Positions 1 through 11,462 of a stretch of 64,000 nt of DNA are shown one piece after another. This DNA is from Fimbriosthenelais zetlandica (lineage: Eukaryota), in assembly GCA_977030845.1 (NCBI GenBank), contig OZ365110.1, positions 48,732,001-48,796,000 on the forward strand, written 5' to 3'. The translations under genes were made by a program, and so were the position numbers. The notes under the pieces were generated by a model, which was given only the letters and a program-made list of their open reading frames with translations, searched no databases and was not told where the DNA came from. Within the stretch, counting starts at the first letter, position 1. Every line of letters begins with the position of its first letter.

Positions 1-95
1 GTCGTTGGATCCCCAATCGGACTAAATGTAGTGTGGCGCAGATATCGATTCCGATACTGGTTGACTGTGAACGCGGTTCCGTTCGCCGACACCAT
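1..95 (-). CDS. Possible first coding segment of an unidentified downstream gene (runs off the window)
   Basis: Strong acceptor tttccctttcag| at 132/131, then an in-frame TGA, then ATG at 95-93 and an open frame MVSANGTAFTVNQYRNRYLRHTTFSPIGDPT to the edge. CpG-rich compared with flanks. Product not recognised; another frame is also open. Confidence 0.3.
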   Translation of the reverse strand, partial: MVSANGTAFTVNQYRNRYLRHTTFSPIGDPT

Positions 96-233
96 GTACG
101 AGACAGGTATTGATCAAACAGTGCCCAATTTCTGAAAGGGAAACTGATTCAATTCCATCCAACATGGCATGTTTTGGGCGTCTCAATTAAAACAACAGAC
201 AAGTGGACATATACCTTGATATATATGTGTTTT

Positions 234-560
234 CTCATGTGAGAAAAAATAAAGACTGGGGGAGAAGGCCACATAAAGACTAGACTGCAGCAATTTAGGT
301 AAACCCCACTTGTTCCTCAGAAAGAGTGGGTGAAGAATAATGCTTTTACAGGGACCTGGGGAATAAGCCAAGGATAGGTACTCAGTCACAGCTAACAAAT
401 TTGTGCAGTTGTAGGTTCAAAAAATGTTGCATTTCCCCAAATCTAATTTTCCTCAGTACCTGTAGGCAGATAAACGACCTAATCTTAATAATAAAAAGAT
501 CTAGCCAATTTTACATGTCCTTCCCTCATGTGAGAAATAAAGACTGAGGGAGGAGACCAT
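234..560. repeat. Imperfect local duplication of about 38 bp
   Basis: ctcatgtgagaaa(aaa)taaagactgRggga at 234-272 and 525-560. Confidence 0.7.
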
Positions 561-2062
561 GCAGATGAAGAGTATAGAGCCTACCTGGGGTCCGATTAAA
601 ACCACTTCCATTGCCATGGTGATGATTCGATCCATAGATTTAACCTTTTGACTTAATTTAAACTCAACTGAACATTTAAAACTAATTATTAATTTATTTT
701 GAATTTCCTAACCGCAAATCATCTAACTGCAAGTAGGATGTTCTTTTACTTTTGTTTTTAGGGATCCAAAGCTCATCGGTTCTTCAGGTTGGATGGTGTT
801 GCTATCCCAAAAATGCTAAAAGGTTTCACCGGAATTTGTGCCTTCTCTCCTAGTTTTTGCAGTCCTGCAGGTAAATAGTTTATAAATAGTTTGTCACTAC
901 TGCATTCCGGATTGTTTACTTATTCCGCAATATTCTATTCCTTGAAAAGAAATTCTGAATATCTCTATTAAAAAAGAATTCGCAAACCAGGCCCAGGTAC
1001 TTATATGGTGAAAATCGCTTTAGAAGAACTATTATTACATGTACTAATTCTAAGGCTCAGGTAATCAAAAGGTGATAGAACCGTACATATATTTATGTAC
1101 ATATTGTCATGATCCATGTCCTGGTTAACTTTTTAGATGTGCCAAATTCCTTTAAATATCCTCCCAAACTTAAACACCCCCAAGCTGCCCCTTTCCAGCT
1201 CGCCCTATTCTTTGGTCATCTACAACCTCTAATTGAAGTCGAACTAAAGCTGACAGTCGACAGTAATAAGGTGGTAACATCATATGATGTAGAGAAAAGT
1301 AATTAAATTCCATCACTTAAAAGAAAATAGCAACCAGAAGCCCATCACAGTAAACTAGAGACCTATAATTCTCAATGGTTAAGACCTTTTTATTTCCAAA
1401 GGAAAACATCGGTAGGTGGTTGTAGTCCTTATTAAAGTCTGAGGGAGTTATCCTTTGATTATAGTGAGTTTAAATGTCAGATGAAGCTGAAATAACACTC
1501 ATCCGTCTGCTCTTCCTTCAACGACCGGTGTGTCTAAAGCAGCATCTGCACACTACTTTTGTACTACGTTTCCTCCCACACGTCAGGTTGAAGCCATGGC
1601 GGTAGCTTCCATTGAGCCAATATCTCCTCCAGTCCAATCAGACTAAGTAAGAGGAGCTAAAGGACAATGCCATGCCCCTATTAACTCCTCTAATCCAGTG
1701 GGAGGAGGTGGTGGAATGTTCTTATACTTCTCAGATACTATATTAGCCAGCACATTCCCAGGGCTAACATTCAGCGAGAAATCTCTCCCTTTCTACCCCG
1801 TCTAACCACGATAAGGCTCTATTATTAGCAATAGAGACAGCGGAGACCTAGACAATGCTTAAAATAAAATAGTAGGCTTATGGATTAAATGAAAGCAATA
1901 CTATGTAGTTGCACTACTGATTCGCCCAAAGCGACGCATCTTCTTATAGTTCTATGCACAAAGTTAGTCACTCCTGTTGTGGCATGCAGTCTTCCTGAAA
2001 AGTCGCCAGTGTTGTTCAGCCCTCTTATTAGTGAAAAATGATCGATATGCAAGACTCCACTC

Positions 2063-2156
2063 TTTACCCTGCATTAAATAACCCAAATTCACAAAGACAA
2101 AAAACTCTGCATTTACCCTGCATTAAATAACCCAAATTCACAAAGACAAAAAACTC
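2063..2156. repeat. Perfect 45-bp direct duplication, period 49
   Basis: tttaccctgcattaaataacccaaattcacaaagacaaaaaactc at 2063-2107 and 2112-2156, separated by tgca. Confidence 0.95.
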
Positions 2157-2256
2157 AGAAAATCTCTTATGTACAAATCATAGGTTCTCTTTATTTGCCT
2201 TTCGATTCAGTTGTCTACAAATCCTATTGCCCCATGGAGATACAGCCAGTCGACTA

Positions 2257-2270
2257 GTTGCTATAGCAAC
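2257..2270. promoter_or_regulatory. RFX X-box motif (perfect palindrome)
   Basis: GTTGCTATAGCAAC; an X-box-like GCCCCATGGAGAT lies about 30 nt upstream. Confidence 0.55.
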
Positions 2271-3359
2271 TGGCAATTGGCTTAGTGGTATCCACACCTA
2301 CCATATTGACGACTACTAAGCACAACGTCTTACAACTACAGAGTCTCCACATACAGTGATAGCATATTTTGACAATTTTTTTCCTTTGTATACTTTTTTT
2401 TTCATGGGGGCAGTACCTGTCCCCAACTACAGTTCTCGACACTACTGTGTTTATACATACACAAAGTGGCATTCATTATATTGCATTAAGGTTACACATT
2501 TTTCATTACTTGCCATTGGCCGAAAACACATTCTACATATAGGCCAGTCATATTCTGGCTTAGGAACAAGCCCACCACCATTTATCTTTTTTTTTTTGGT
2601 ATGATACATCTTTTTCTTGTCAAATTTTGTAAGTTGAGTTGTGCCGTTGAGTTCCCCCCAACCCGTTCCTGTTCTCCCAGTCTTGGTTAATAATTATAGA
2701 GGTGAATGCCACCGCAATTTCAAGTCAGGATGCTTACGGCTACCTAATATAGTCTCTAGTACAGCTTATATCTCATAGATCCACTCAAATACGACCAACA
2801 TTGAACTGAACAAACAATATATTGGACATGATGACTACTGAGCACAGAACACGAGTATAACAAGCATCTTGTCTAAAACTACAAGTGGGAAACTCGTATC
2901 ACAGGAGCACCTAACTTTCACAGAACAATTCACCGCAACAACTGATAACACAAGTTAATTTGACCTAATTCCTCCTAATAGACACGTCAACCCCTAACAA
3001 CACGAGGACAGTAGTGTCGTGATGGTGCTGCTTTGAGTAGTCATCAGCTTTGTCTCTTGACTTTTCGGAATGGGTTAGTCCTATTTTCTTCCTTTCTTTC
3101 ATTGAATATTAAGTTGACCTAGTAGTCTACTATATAGCTTAGCAACTATTGTGCGTGCTGTGATATGCTGAACTGCTAGACAACCTACCACCATGACACT
3201 AATACAGTACACCATTCAGTAGCTTAGATGCCTTGACATACAAGAAATACCCTACTCTCTATACCTCACCCACAATTGCCTACCCATTGTCTTTGCTAAA
3301 ACTCTTGAAGCATTCGCATGTTATGTTCTGAAGTGCAAGTTGGAAATGCACCGACAGTG

Positions 3360-3710
3360 CATATGATCAATGGTCATACATAGAAAAGAGGCCCGTAATC
3401 CATCCAAGGAAGCGCTTGGAGAAAGGAAAAAAGGTCATCACAGGTGTCAGGCTAGAGTCTGCGCCCATGGAAGTTCCCCTTACATGAGGTGACACGAAGA
3501 ATGTTTGTCTGAAGGAAATCCAACACTTGACCACAGGCCTGTGGACTTGGTGGGTCTGGGGTGGGTAGGGGACATAGGTGAAGTATTGAACAAGTTTGAG
3601 AGAAGGATGGAGGAAGTTGTTGGAGAGAAGGATGTTGGGACCAAGGGGAACTTGAGGGTGGGTGGGTGGGTGGGAAGTTGGTTAAGATTATAGATATTCT
3701 TTCCCCGACA
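3360..3710 (-). mobile_element. Decayed LINE fragment (endonuclease-like)
   Basis: Minus-strand GNFHG resembling the APE GDFNA motif, within stop-riddled frames. By-eye call. Confidence 0.3.
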
Positions 3711-6700
3711 CATCTAAAAACAGATTCAGGAATGAGGTAATATTTGCCAACCTTGTTCAGGGGACTTGCGTGGTCTCAGACATTATAACATTTGATTGAG
3801 ATTTTTAAATGTGCCAGAGTCGCGGATCTTCTATTTCCTTCTAAGAAGATGGTGACAACAGGTACAGTGTTATGAATGAAAAAGGTAATGCCATAACCCA
3901 CTCTTGGAAGCTCGGGGCAGGCCTTGTCACTCCCGTTCTTGTTGGTGTTCAACTCACGGACGTGTTATAGCTGCATAGCCAAGATTAACTTCAAGACAAA
4001 CAATTAAAGGTAGAACTAAGAGCACAGAAAGATGCATAAAAGATAGGCTTTCCACCCCATCACTCAGTTTTTTTGCAGTCATATCCAAAACTATTGGACC
4101 AAAATCATGTGAATTGTCAATGAAGGAAAAACGATTAAGTTCATACCAAAACACCAATCAGGCTGAGAACAGAGACAAGAGCAGACAATAGGGAGGTCAA
4201 GGTCTTCATAATACTAGGTCAAGGTCAGGAACCAACCTTTTGTTTTCAAGGGTTGAAGGGGTACATGTGAGGTTTTTTTTTCAATCGCCCTAATACAGTC
4301 TGATTATACACTCAAATATATATGTAGCCTCCTCTACCTCCTAGGACTATGATACATGTTGTCAGGCATTAGCTAAACCCTAACACTCCGTTGCGAACTG
4401 ACTTGAAATTGCTTATTGTGGGAGTGTGTGAATTCATTGTGACTGTGTGTACGAACAAACTGCAATATGGACGCACGCACAGCAACCAACACAACGCAAG
4501 CATGACTACCTTGGTTATAACACGGCCCGTTATTTATAATATATATTTATTTATATCTTATATTCATATATATGTGTGTATACCATACTACTTGGCCTAA
4601 CATTAAAGCACAGATATGTCCTTGGGCGACTCAGTACAATCGAGGCGGATTGACTTTACAAGCTTTACACATTTCAACAATCTTACCATCTAGTCCCTGT
4701 GTTGTCTTCGTGACCCACCTCCTCCTCTTCCCTATAGTCTCCATCTTAGTAGGTATTACAAAACTGTACAAAATTCCTCGTCAAGAATCCATTTTTCTTT
4801 CGCTCAAAATTAAATCCTATATGAGTAGGATGTCAACCATGTTATGATTACTTTCGCAACTGTACAACTGTGAAACAAACTCATGCACAAATGCTGCAAG
4901 AGACTTACGAAAAGAGTCAGGATGGTTTCCTGTACATTGTTCTAGAAAATTATATATATTTTGTCTCGAGATCATTTTATTATTCTATTATTTTGATCAG
5001 TCTTCTTGTCAAAACCGAACTGCTGCAGAAACAATGTACGCGGACACTACCTGTCACCGCTGTAGCCACATATGCTCTATTATACATATAATATATAGAT
5101 TAGCTATAGTTCGTTTACATATTCCTCGATTTCACAAATGGTACATGTATGGATATGAATCTCTACAACTAATCTACGACCCCATAATATGGACATTTTG
5201 GTTGTATACGCATAAATTCATCCAATGCATTATTTATGGGTTATATCTTCCCTTCCATGGCTTATACATTCTAACTGACACTGGACATGACTAACATTTC
5301 TTTTATCAACTACCATTTTATTCTGTGGACTGTCAGTCCTCAGCACAAACCTTTAATTACAGCATACATTCACATTGTTATTAACAATATCTAGTCCCTT
5401 CAGATTAATGTCTCAATATCCTAGCTTCAGTTATTACTCTTTCTAAATTTATCTAGTGCAATAAATTGGAGTGCATCAGGTTTCTTTGTCGCCTTGTAGA
5501 AAACGCATGGCAAACGACACTGAACCACATGGAAATGCGCCATCCTCCCCCTTGATGTGGGACAGAAAGTTTTTTTTCTGAAACCGTACAAACTCCTCAC
5601 CTCATGTTGAGCTTGCAAATTGTCTTGTCTATTCTCAAATGTCAATATCAAACATGAAAACCTTAATATCCTATTGAAAATACAAACTTCATTATGCTCA
5701 AGTCAATTACTTGTTTAGAGTCTTGCCTTGGCCATTTTACCTTGATTTAACGGGTGGTGCATTGAACCCCCAACAAGGATGCACCAAAATAATGCACAGG
5801 CAACCCAAACAACCATGTCAGAGATGTGCTTTGATCAAGTCTGAACAATTAATTGGCTTCAACTGGGCGTCTGGAACAATATATATTGTAACATCATTGT
5901 AAACAATTACTTCAACAGGTGAACATGTAATCATGGCCCAATTTCTGGAGAAAAAAAACTCACTGAAGGAAGTGCAATTATGAAACCGGCTATTTGTGCA
6001 ATAAAATTGTCCTGAAATCGGATTGCACCTGGCTGGGAGAGGTGGAGCTTACCGAGTCAATAAAACAAACACAATTCTTCTTATCTTTGATCTTGGATTA
6101 AATTTCCTAGTGGTGTAATACCTGTTGCACCATTGTATGGTCATCATCTTATGTGGTCATTCAATTAGAAAGGAAAATGTTGGGATACAAGCCCTGTCTG
6201 CAGGACTCGTACATCACCATGGGTTACCACTGTCAATATGACAGAGCCTGTACTCTCCGATATTTATTCAATACAAAAATCAGTGTCATCACAGGCTGGG
6301 CTCACTTCAGACTCTCTCTTTTTTATTTTAAAAATCAATCATTTTTTTTAAAATGCTGTGTGCTAGACTCAGTCCCATGCTTTGGTCCTATCTATGCTGG
6401 AGGAGGAGGTGCGAGGCCGATGACAGGCAAGGGTATGAAATTGAAATGCTCGGGAGGAAATAAACGTTCAGCCATTTCCCATATACAAATAAGTGTCCCT
6501 ACACCCATCTATTGCTTCTGCCATCGTTTTTTACACCACCTCTGCCTGGGCCAGGATTGAGATTTTTTTCTGCCTTAAGACCCGAGTTAGAAGCATGTCG
6601 TGCCTGCGAGCTTCACCCTCGATCCTTTCCAGGCCAGGCCAGAGACAGATAAGGCTAAAGCATGGAGGTTGAGAAAGCAATAGGAATCTCCATTGTCATT

Positions 6701-9544
6701 AGTTTCTTGTCTATTACTTGTTACTTGTCACTGACAAGACAAACTACACTGAGCAGTTGTCACTTGGCCTGTGAACACTCGGGTAAAAACGTCACGCCAA
6801 AATGTCACTTCACCTGGGTCGGGGCTCCCCTTTATAATCGATTTTCGAAGGATATTTTTTTGGAATAAATGAGTATGCAGCCAAATCGACAACTTAATTA
6901 CGCAGTCACTCTGATTGAATATATAATGTGCAACTAAATTCAAAATATCTTTCACTCTCACAGGCATAACAGCTGATCTCTAGAGCAAATCACCCCAAAC
7001 ATATCGAGAATGGATTTCAGCACTGATGCTATTCCATAAATACATATATGTTCAAAGTGACTATATCTTACATATTACAGCATTGATTATCATGTTAGTT
7101 TACACCATCCTTTCTAAAAACAATAGACCACAGCACTGAGCATTCCTTATTCTACCCAGAAGTGCAGCAATACTACAAAGCTTCAGTATTAGATATACAT
7201 AGGTTACAAACTGTGTAACTACCAATGGGAACAGTGCTCACAGGGTTCTGGACTTTCTGATATCAACGGCACTAGAATTTTGTATGAAAGGACCAGGCGT
7301 TCGAGAGGAGGCAATTAAAATAAAATTTATTAAAAATGGCTGACTTTTCCCAGGTGAAGAACGCTTTAGCGGAACTGCCAACCACTTGTACCTATCACCA
7401 TTCACCCATGAGATCGTTTTTAGAGAGGCGGTGCAAGTACAAAAGTTTCCACCAAAAACTTGAAGAATGGAACTAGTTTTCTTTGCACAAACGGTTCACA
7501 TGGAGTGGGAAAAACTATTGACTTCACCCTAGTGAAGAGGACTCTTTGTTACCATAAAAGTATCAAGGTAGTCAATCTAGATCTTAAATATATATATAAA
7601 AAAAACTCATTCAGTTTATAAGGCTTACAAGACTTTCTGATATGAACTAAAAGTCCAAATTGAGGGATGATAACGCACCAGTAAAACCAATGGTAGAGCT
7701 TAAAAACCTAGTTTTACCTATGTTTGCGGCATGGTATACCCTGCGTTATGTGAAAATAAAACTGACAAAATCAATGGTTGGGGGAAAAGGTTTAGGGAAA
7801 CATACCACGGATAATCATCATCTTCCATCAACAACCACACTTGATTTTTCTTTTTTAAATTATGTGCTTTTTTCATCATCCATCATTCGTGCTAGATTCA
7901 ATATCAAAACACGGCTCCTCAGCGGACCAACCAGGACGTAGCACTGTCCATGCCTAAACTAACTAAGTAACAAAGGAATATTCCAGTTATGTACATCTGT
8001 GTTATGCCAATATCTATTTATAGTAACATACATCATTATTTTGGTACGATTCATATACTACCATTATAACACATATACAACGACTTCGTGTACCCCCATA
8101 CAAACAACAGCTAACCCTCTTTACTGGTTTAACCCCTCAGCAACCATACAAGATATGAGAGATATAATATATATATATACAGGTTACAATATATATGTCA
8201 TACCCATTCTCCTGTTGGCTGCTGCTGCTACATTAACAATCTGATTTATGATTATGAGTCTCTACACCATTATAATGACACTTGGCCAATATCATTCTCA
8301 CTATCATTGGTTGCGAATCGTCATTGCTTCAAAATGTCGCCGATGGAGGACGAAGATCCTATTGATTATTTCCCATGATTCTGTGTCTCGTAATCCAGAC
8401 CTCCGTTGGTTTCTCAACCGACAACAGTTTGCCTGTATTACAGTGAGCAAAGAGGGCAGCATACCGCCTCTTGAATATTTTTTTTTCTTTTTTTTCTTCT
8501 TCTCTCCTGTTGATGATGCATCGTCAATGCCTTTATTCATCTTGTGTTTTCGCTGTAGAAGTCGTGCTTGCCATCGCTGTGACAATCTGGAATCTGTACA
8601 TCTGGTCTTCACTGAAGCAGAAGTAAGTCCATTGCTGTCAAGGATGGCTGGCCTCCTCCTTCTACAGCCTGGTGCTCCAAAATGTCCATCCAGTCCCTAT
8701 CTATATCCTTAGTCATCCGTTATTGAGCGTGCTGAAACCCTGAAATCGCAAAGAGTCCGGGATTACAATGATGTACAAGCCAGAAGCACCAGCCAGATTG
8801 TGCAAGTCTCGTCCCAACCATTAACAAATACGTCACCTTCAAGATTCCTTTACACTAGTTTTTACTCATATGTGTTACATTAACTTTTCCAAACCAATGA
8901 TACAATACTGCCAATTCAATTCAATCAGAAGGTTCTTTAAGCATCGATGAACTGTAGTCATTAAGAGAACTGAGCCATGCCTTAATGTTAACTTAAACAA
9001 TTAGCAGACTAATGTTAGGTCAAATGCTGTATGGTTAGGGCGACACTTAATGTGCTATTGATTTAGGTACGGGATGATAGCCTGTAAGAATATGTACCTT
9101 AAAATATCAATTGAGAGACTTGACAAAATGGCGCATGTTTGTTAGTGTTAATATCAGAAGCACAATCAACTAGTCCAAACTTGCTCAGTTTGTTCTACAT
9201 GATGAAGCATAACGCTAACTATATAAACATTGTGTTTAACAACTAAAAGGGATGAAACGAAAAATGAACACAAACCCCAAGTACACTACCGGAAGTGATT
9301 AGAACAGCAATCATGTCTTGGCAAGTCAAACGCTATTAATCTTGAATGAGTAACCGACTTAAATGTTATCAACTAAAGCTTATTATAGCCTTGTCACACT
9401 CATACTCACACATAATTGGACTTTAACTAATTCTGCAAGTCTTTGTCACTGTCAGACACTGAATAGAACATGAATATATCTTTGTCAATACAACATCTTA
9501 AAATGCAAATAAGGATGATCAATTTGATCAATTTGGAATATCAT

Positions 9545-9550
9545 TTTATT
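9545..9550 (-). terminator. Candidate polyadenylation signal for the TIA1-like transcript
   Basis: The first AATAAA I found on the minus strand downstream of the stop (about 1.8 kb), followed by a U/GU-rich stretch (ttatttgcattttaagatgttgtattg). Further AATAAA copies at 8532-8537, 7326-7331 and 5317-5322. Confidence 0.35.
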
Positions 9551-10420
9551 TCCCCCCAATGTGAACGTTAGAGATCAGTACCATCATGTAGCCAGTCATA
9601 AAATTCATGCACCCCCATCAATGTTATAATCCCGGTAAAATGATATTCGGTGCGGATGAAGTCAGAAGTCAAGACCACCCTGTTGTAGGTCTCAGGCGGC
9701 AGGGAGGGGTTACTATCAGGCCTTACTCGACACTTCCAATCTGTTGGCCATTTGTAATGTGCTTTCCAACCTGCCACCAATTGGCTGGCTAGGGCAGCTC
9801 CTTCAATTCACCTCACGTTACCAGGTACAACTCTGATGCACGTTGCCTGCTGGGTCAAGGCCCCAAGTGCTTCACTGAATACTGAACCGACATCTTGGCA
9901 CAATAAAGGCAAAGCCAGCACAGTGGTGCAAGCCCATTTTCATCATCAAAATATTCAGAGGCTAATTCAATTTCGCTGTAATGCCGAATACATGGCAGCA
10001 TTTTCGCGCAGTGAGGCGATCGCTGGCCAGCTTAATGTGTATGGTGACTGACATTTGGCACAGCTAGCCAGTTCATTAACAAGTCGGTAAGTGGCGTGGG
10101 AGGGTTGACCGTGTAGGGGGGTGATCAGTGTTTGGCGCTGCAGGTCCACCTGTGGCCTTCTATTGGCAAACCAGCGATGATAACTTAAAACAAGCATAAA
10201 CAAGCCATGGACAAGGCTTTCCTCAGGCTTCTAACCGGCCAGGCAACTTTTAAGTGTCTTCAATAGCAGCTACTGTCAGCAGGAAAGGTCCAAAGTAGGC
10301 CATGGGGCACAAATAAAACCCATTGATGCCATCCCTAATGGAACAACTTGGGCTGCCTTGAACGTTCAATTACTACATTATTATGGGACACACAGCTACC
10401 GGCACAAAAGCACTTTCATT
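9550..10420 (-). mobile_element. Decayed CR1/L2-type LINE reverse-transcriptase fragment
   Basis: Minus-strand FKAAQVVPL (about 10336-10362, cf. WKxAxVVPL), then FGPFLLTVAA (cf. YRPISLTSV) and HRWFANRR (cf. QHGFRxxRS) in the expected order. Confidence 0.55.
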
Positions 10421-11341
10421 TCCAGTTAGCTCTAGCCTGTAAGAGTGCATGGTAGTGGTCCTATATAAAAGATACCCACTGAGAGCAAACATGGCAATTA
10501 CTCATAAAACCTGATCACATCAAGTCAGGCCTGAAGACTGAGAGCTATCAATGAAGGAAATCACAGCTCATAGTCCTCAATAAAACATGGAATCAAGTCA
10601 GGCAACTCTGCAAATGTTCAGGTTATGGGGGATTACAATAAATTATTATCGAGAACCTTCATTTTAGTATATTTCGGCCCCTAGGCTACCTCAAGAGGAA
10701 AAAAGGCCTCATAAACAAATCCTGTATTTTTGTGATATTTATCTTTCATCTTTTTTGGGGGTGATGAAATTGAAGCAACAAAATGGTACTGACCTCCACG
10801 TATATAATGAGATATCAAATTTCAGTGATATCTCAAAACTGCCCCTTTAAAAATTGAAATTGAACAAAGGAAAATGGAAAATAAGAAAAACCAAGGCATA
10901 ACTTTGGTATCGTAACATCACTCCACACACCTTCTCACTTCCTATAGGCTTTCATACTCAATATATTACACTGATACTACCGAACCCAGCATCAGTACCT
11001 CTGCTAAACGACTCCTACAATCCAGAATTCGACCCTCTTATTTTAACCCAGGGAATTAATTAACTCTCAGAATAAGCTAGCTTCTCCAATGCCAGAAAAT
11101 ATTCTTGCATGGCTTTGGGGAAATTGCTGCTGTAATTTTCGTTCACTCTCCTCTTCCTCAAAGTGCCATGAAAAATAACAACACGGGTCCCAACACTTTA
11201 GGAGTTAGGGACGCGGCATGTTGTTTTAAGCGGAACCTGAGGAAGGAGGTTTGAGATGAGAGGTACTTCAGCGAAGTTTTTGGTTTAGGTTCATTTACTT
11301 TTTGAGGTGGTGGTGTAGAGGTAGGAGACAGTAGACATTGC

Positions 11342-11462
11342 CTACTGACCCTGCTGCATAGGATAGCCAAGCACGCCTTGCTGCTGACCGTTATATTGTT
11401 GCTGTTGGCCGGGCTGCATCTGAAGTCCACCCCACGCTGCCTGCATAGGCATGTTCACACCT
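11342..11462 (-). CDS. TIA1: TIA1/TIAR-family last coding exon, prion-like domain part 2 and stop
   Basis: Acceptor tcttttttctgttttcag|, phase 2. Translates (G)GVNMPMQAAWGGLQMQPGQQQQYNGQQQGVLGYPMQQGQ followed by TAG at 11344-11342. Confidence 0.92.

Noticed and set aside
8304-8612. Minus-strand ORF with a poly-Lys stretch (apparent nuclear localisation signal)
   Set aside because: The lysines come from an A-rich run, the start is TTG-type, and there is no homology. Treated as UTR or non-coding.
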